Part shown: piece after piece, positions 59,987-64,000 of the stretch
Numbering within the stretch: the stretch's first letter is position 1
Layout: every line of letters starts with the position of its first letter
DNA from: an uncultured Spirochaetota bacterium
GTDB taxonomy: Bacteria > Spirochaetota > Brevinematia > Brevinematales > JAOACQ01
Length of the DNA stretch: 64,000 bases
Direction of reading: 5' to 3'
Assembly: GCA_963835575.1 (NCBI GenBank)
Contig: CAWIGG010000005.1
Span: forward strand, 1-64,000
Notes under the pieces: generated by a model
What the model was told of the DNA's origin: nothing
Database searches by the model: none
What the model saw: the letters and a program-made list of their open reading frames with translations, nothing else
Made by a program: the position numbers and the translations under genes

Positions 59987-61270
59987 GGGCGGTTTTAAAA
60001 ACCGCCTAATTTATCAACACTTCCCTGATAATAGAAAATATTTTCAAAATATTTCTGCCAACAGGTTAAAAACTGTTTCTATTACCAAAATTCAGCCAAA
60101 CACGGGCAATATTATCCATATCTTCTGTATTTTAAGCCGCACAAGACGCAATTCGACCTTTTACCACAACATACCGTGCTAAATTATAAACCAGATTCAT
60201 CAGCCCGATTTGGCTCTCTGCCCTTTCTTTTCCTATCGATCGTATTGTACTGCCGTTCATACTATTTTCAACAAAACCAAAAACATGCTCAACACGAACT
60301 CGGATGCGGCTCTTTCTTCTATTTTTTTCTTTCTGCTTCTCCGTCAATGGCTTATTTCTGTATCCTTTTTCGTGAATCCGGTTTTTCATCTCAAATTTTT
60401 CTAATATTCCTGCTACCGTTGGGCCAACATATGCGCTGTCCGCGTAAAACGGCTTCCCTTTGTCTTTCTCATTCAATAGAGGTTCAACTACCTGTGAATC
60501 GTGAACGCTCGCATCTGTCGTGACATAAGAACGAATAAGTTTTGACTTCACATCAACCTTTGTATGGTTTTTGTATCCGTAATGCCTCTCTTTATTCTTG
60601 GTCATCCAGCGCGCATCCGTGTCTTTATGGGAAAGCTTATGCGTATTATCTTTCCAATCTTCCGGAACCTCGCCTTCTTTTATTTTCTTGTTTTCTTCGC
60701 GGCTGTTCCTCTGCCGGGGAACATCCACAAAACTTGCGTCTACCATAACGCCCGCTTTCCCTATCACACCTTTATTCTCAAGATTCTCATCGAATATTTT
60801 AAAAAGTTTCTCTATTGCTTTCGCTTTCATCAGTTTTTCCTTGAATTCCCAGATTTTACTGTAGTCCGGAACTTTGTCCGAAAGTGTTATCCCAAGATAT
60901 CGCTGAACGGATAACCTGTCATTGATCTGAAATTCCGCTTGCTCATCGGAAAGATTGTAATACCTCTGGAATATCAGTATCTTGAACATGAAAACATAGT
61001 CATAATGTGGCGCTCCGCCCGGCGCCTTCTGCTCTTTCGGCGCCAAAATCTCTGTTAACAGCGGCCGGAACATCTCAAAGTCTACAACCCTGTTAAGCTT
61101 ATCCAGCGGTGTTTTTACGCCGCTTAGCTTTTCCATCCGCTCCTGATATTCAAACAAGTTACGGTCTTTCCGCTTAATTTTTGTCATAGCCTTACCTCTG
61201 TTTTCTTTGACTATGATTATATGTTTTTATATACTATTTGTATATGATACGTGGGTTTTTCAAACCGCCC
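59987..61270 (-). mobile_element. IS5-family insertion sequence
   Basis: TIR GGGCGGTTT(T/G)AAAAACC; 4-bp TSD TTAT. Confidence 0.92.
60132..61187 (-). CDS. IS5-family transposase
   Basis: LSDEQAE, VDAS, GYKNH, ADSAY, RVRVEHVFG. Confidence 0.93.
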   Translation of the reverse strand: MTKIKRKDRNLFEYQERMEKLSGVKTPLDKLNRVVDFEMFRPLLTEILAPKEQKAPGGAPHYDYVFMFKILIFQRYYNLSDEQAEFQINDRLSVQRYLGITLSDKVPDYSKIWEFKEKLMKAKAIEKLFKIFDENLENKGVIGKAGVMVDASFVDVPRQRNSREENKKIKEGEVPEDWKDNTHKLSHKDTDARWMTKNKERHYGYKNHTKVDVKSKLIRSYVTTDASVHDSQVVEPLLNEKDKGKPFYADSAYVGPTVAGILEKFEMKNRIHEKGYRNKPLTEKQKEKNRRKSRIRVRVEHVFGFVENSMNGSTIRSIGKERAESQIGLMNLVYNLARYVVVKGRIASCAA

Positions 61271-61323
61271 TTATGTTAATGGTTTGAAAATTTGCCCTTG
61301 TAATTTGGAAAAAGGAGGAAAAT

Positions 61324-61845
61324 ATGAAGACTTATAAAGAAAAGTCGAAAGCACTTTTTATTAATCAACTTAAGACAATAGATAAAGCTTTGAAAGGAAT
61401 TTCGTATTGCTTTATTGGGGCTGTAGCTGTAAAAGAATATGGCTATGAAAGGCAAACAGAAGATGTGGATATTTTGATAAAAAAGAGCCAGGAAAGAGAA
61501 ACAATATTGGCTTTAGAAACAAACTATAAAACCAAGAACATAGATTTTAAAGGCATTAAGGTAGATCTGGTTTTTAGTGGTGAAAGATTCAATGAAAAGG
61601 GTCTTAACTATCCTGACCCAGAAAATGTAACTGTTATACATGATGGCTTACCCTTTGTAAATTTTAAGGAGCTTATTAGACTAAAACTTGATTCTGCGAT
61701 TTATGGTAAAAGATTGCAAGATTCGGCTGATGTGCAGGAATTGATTCAAGTAAATAAACTTGATTTTGATTTTGCAGACGAATTTGATGAAGCAATAAAA
61801 TTAAAGTATCAGGAAATCTGGAAAGATAAATATATATCAAAGTAA
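61324..61845 (+). CDS. Nucleotidyltransferase-fold hypothetical protein
   Basis: IGAVAV..G..RQTEDVD, LKL..RLQDSAD; RBS AAGGAGG. Confidence 0.7.
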   Translation: MKTYKEKSKALFINQLKTIDKALKGISYCFIGAVAVKEYGYERQTEDVDILIKKSQERETILALETNYKTKNIDFKGIKVDLVFSGERFNEKGLNYPDPENVTVIHDGLPFVNFKELIRLKLDSAIYGKRLQDSADVQELIQVNKLDFDFADEFDEAIKLKYQEIWKDKYISK

Positions 61846-61874
61846 AATTTATTTTCTTATGCAAATAATTTTAT

Positions 61875-62060
61875 AAGCCAGGAATTGAAGTAGTCAACCG
61901 AATTTCCAATTATGACGTAGAACTGGAGCCGGACATTACCCGGGTCCAGCCCAATGATTTTATTGAGGAAATAAACAAGAAAAACTTCATCGCCGATATG
62001 TCCATCGGCGAACTGCCCATTGAAAGCATTATCAAGGAGCTTTATCTGCATAAAAGGTAA
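61875..62060 (+). repeat. 186-bp diverged direct repeat of the ABC ATPase 3' end (56812-56997)
   Basis: Translates KPGIEVVN...IADMSIGELPIESIIKELYLHKR* in an intact frame, with no upstream gene body. Confidence 0.88.
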
Positions 62061-62130
62061 CACATTTGTTCACTTTCTTTTGTCCCCAACCAGTAACTCA
62101 GAATTCAGGTATTACCTGTATTTCTTTTTT

Positions 62131-63600
62131 TTAATTTCGGACATTTTTTTCTTTTTTTACGATCATTTTTATTATATTCCTTCCCTGGGCCATACACATC
62201 GGAACACCGCCGCCGGGAAAAATCCATTGTCCTGTCATATAAAAACTCCGCAATCCGGGCAGATTTTTAGGAAGTGTTGAGCCGAAAGTTTTTACTGTAG
62301 GCAGCCAGCCCTCATAAGAACCCTGCCAATTGCCTGTGTACCTCTCCCAGGTAACCGGTGAGGCGATATCCGTCACTTCAATATCTTCCTTGATTCCCGG
62401 AAATATTCCGTCCAGGATTTCTATATACGCGGCCAAAACCCTGTCTTTTTCCCGGTTATACGCTTTTCTATCTTTTTCATATAATTCTTTCCAATAGGCA
62501 TAATCCGTTTCGATCTGGGTCTGAACAACACTTTTCCCCCTGGGGGCAAATTGAGAGTCGTGACAATAATGAAAAAAACCGCACCAGAAAACTTCCTTTC
62601 CTCCGACAATAACCGGTTCCTTCAATTTAAAATCGTTTATTTCCACTTTGTTGGAAAAATCCCGTTTTATACCCAGGCTGATGGACATGATAGCCGGCCA
62701 TAATGACGGCTTATTATAAAATTCTTTTATTGTATTGGTAAGATATTTCCCCTCCAGCATTTCATATAGAGTGGTTCGCCCATCACAGGCGGAAATGACA
62801 ATATCCGCCGGAACAATGTTCCCGTTGTTCAGTTCAATCCCTTTTGCCCGGCCATTTTCAACAAGAATTTTTTTCACTTTGCATTCATAGTTTATTTTTC
62901 CGCCTGACTCAAGGTATTTTCTTTCAATCGCCCGGGCAAAATTTAATGAACCGCCTAAAGGGTACCCCCCTTCTTTTCTATGCATAAAAGCCAGCGGCAT
63001 AACCGCCATTAACGCCGGCATACCCCTGACGGGGAATAATCTAAAAAGCATATCCTTAATTTCCTGATTTTTAAACATTTTATTTATAAATTTTTCAACA
63101 GTGACGCTTTTCAATTTAAAAAATGAAGGCATAAATGGAAGCAGCTTGATGAAGTTTATAACGCCAAATCTTCCAAAATCTCCATCCATCGGCGGATCAA
63201 ATTTCGTATATTTTATAACTATACGAATGTACTTATTAATGCCCTTCTTTTCTTCCGGAAACAATCTAATTAATTCAGCTTTAAACTTATTTACATCTGT
63301 GTAAGCGGTCAATATTTTATTATTAAGCGTCACTTCTCTAAATCTGTCTGTATAATAAAATTCCACATTATCCGCGACGCCTAATTCCTTAAAAATCGGA
63401 TATAAGCTGGTCCCTTTATTTGAACCAAGTACCCAGTGAAGACAATGATCAAACAGATAATCCCCGCGCTTCCAGGAAGTGCAGACACCGCCGGGCAGAG
63501 AATGCATCTCAAATATTTCCGATTGAAAACCGTTCATCTGCGCGTAACAGCCGGTCGATAATCCTGAAATCCCGCCGCCGATAATGACTATTTTTTTCAT
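62131..63600 (-). CDS. FAD-dependent oxidoreductase, phytoene desaturase-like family
   Basis: IIGGGISGL, PGG, GGYPLGG, SPVTWERYTGN, PGGGVP. Confidence 0.88.
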   Translation of the reverse strand: MKKIVIIGGGISGLSTGCYAQMNGFQSEIFEMHSLPGGVCTSWKRGDYLFDHCLHWVLGSNKGTSLYPIFKELGVADNVEFYYTDRFREVTLNNKILTAYTDVNKFKAELIRLFPEEKKGINKYIRIVIKYTKFDPPMDGDFGRFGVINFIKLLPFMPSFFKLKSVTVEKFINKMFKNQEIKDMLFRLFPVRGMPALMAVMPLAFMHRKEGGYPLGGSLNFARAIERKYLESGGKINYECKVKKILVENGRAKGIELNNGNIVPADIVISACDGRTTLYEMLEGKYLTNTIKEFYNKPSLWPAIMSISLGIKRDFSNKVEINDFKLKEPVIVGGKEVFWCGFFHYCHDSQFAPRGKSVVQTQIETDYAYWKELYEKDRKAYNREKDRVLAAYIEILDGIFPGIKEDIEVTDIASPVTWERYTGNWQGSYEGWLPTVKTFGSTLPKNLPGLRSFYMTGQWIFPGGGVPMCMAQGRNIIKMIVKKEKNVRN

Positions 63601-63604
63601 CTGT

Positions 63605-64000
63605 TTATCTCTCCTTCTTCACCAATTCGAGTTTTTCAATATTTTTTGCCGCTTCCGGTCCTTCATACCGTACAAGATATCCGTCTTTAAGACTGTACCA
63701 GTAATAATACGAATAAGGCCAGAATATTCCCGCTATTCCCTGGAGTTTCATTTCAAATTTTCTGCATTGTATCAATGAATTTTGAAACTCAATCTGCTCG
63801 TCTTTCAGGTATTCCAATACGACAGAAAAGGCAATATTACCGTCCGGCGATAACAAATTATAGTTTTTCTTTTCACCAACCCTGCTCGGTCCGGTTTTTT
63901 GGAATACAAAAAATAATGAACCTGTATTAATATAAAAGGTCTCTTTCAGCTCTTTCCTTTTTCCATTAATTAATATTGAATTATTTTCATAATTCCATTC
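63605..64000 (-). CDS. Hypothetical protein, 3' part (partial)
   Basis: Reading frame stays open to the window edge (EWNYENN...LVRYEGP...). Confidence 0.65.
   Translation of the reverse strand, partial: EWNYENNSILINGKRKELKETFYINTGSLFFVFQKTGPSRVGEKKNYNLLSPDGNIAFSVVLEYLKDEQIEFQNSLIQCRKFEMKLQGIAGIFWPYSYYYWYSLKDGYLVRYEGPEAAKNIEKLELVKKER

Noticed and set aside
1..64000. tRNA, rRNA, integron integrase or prophage structural genes
   Set aside because: None recognised by eye

Overview
Bacterial chromosomal window of moderate-to-low GC. lpxD implies a diderm, and the attC style suggests a spirochaete-like host (inference only). 1-6.7 kb: integron-type cassette array (attC sites, no integrase in the window); three attC sites carry an IS1182-family element or MITE at or next to the inverse core, and an RPH-like phosphotransferase lies inside the array. 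6.9-8.3 kb: IS110 element whose junction promoter and candidate bridge-RNA guides can be read from the sequence. 8.4-22.5 kb: housekeeping block (ispH, atypical GAF histidine kinase, acyl-CoA ligase, Ap4A phosphorylase, radical SAM, PBP1A, 2-oxoacid:ferredoxin oxidoreductase, lpxD). 22.6-33.6 kb: type I restriction-modification island bracketed by inverted copies of a structured repeat. It carries two DUF3800-like modules, each followed by a convergent ~70-nt two-hairpin RNA gene with its own TTGACA-17bp promoter and terminator; this is the best candidate for an uncharacterised protein-ncRNA system. 33.6-56.9 kb: accessory metabolism (GNAT, GH9, cyclase, SDR, Zn dehydrogenase, an AckA + pseudo-AckA + pseudo-FolE2 operon, PL7 lyase, MBL hydrolase), IS1182, an MNT-HEPN pair and an ABC exporter. 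57-62 kb: AT-rich island bounded by a duplicated 3' end of the ABC ATPase gene (degenerate DnaB-like gene, IS5, nucleotidyltransferase). Many MITEs and periodic REP-like repeats, two enclosing GxxExxY gene remnants. All family assignments are by eye from motifs; no database searches were run.
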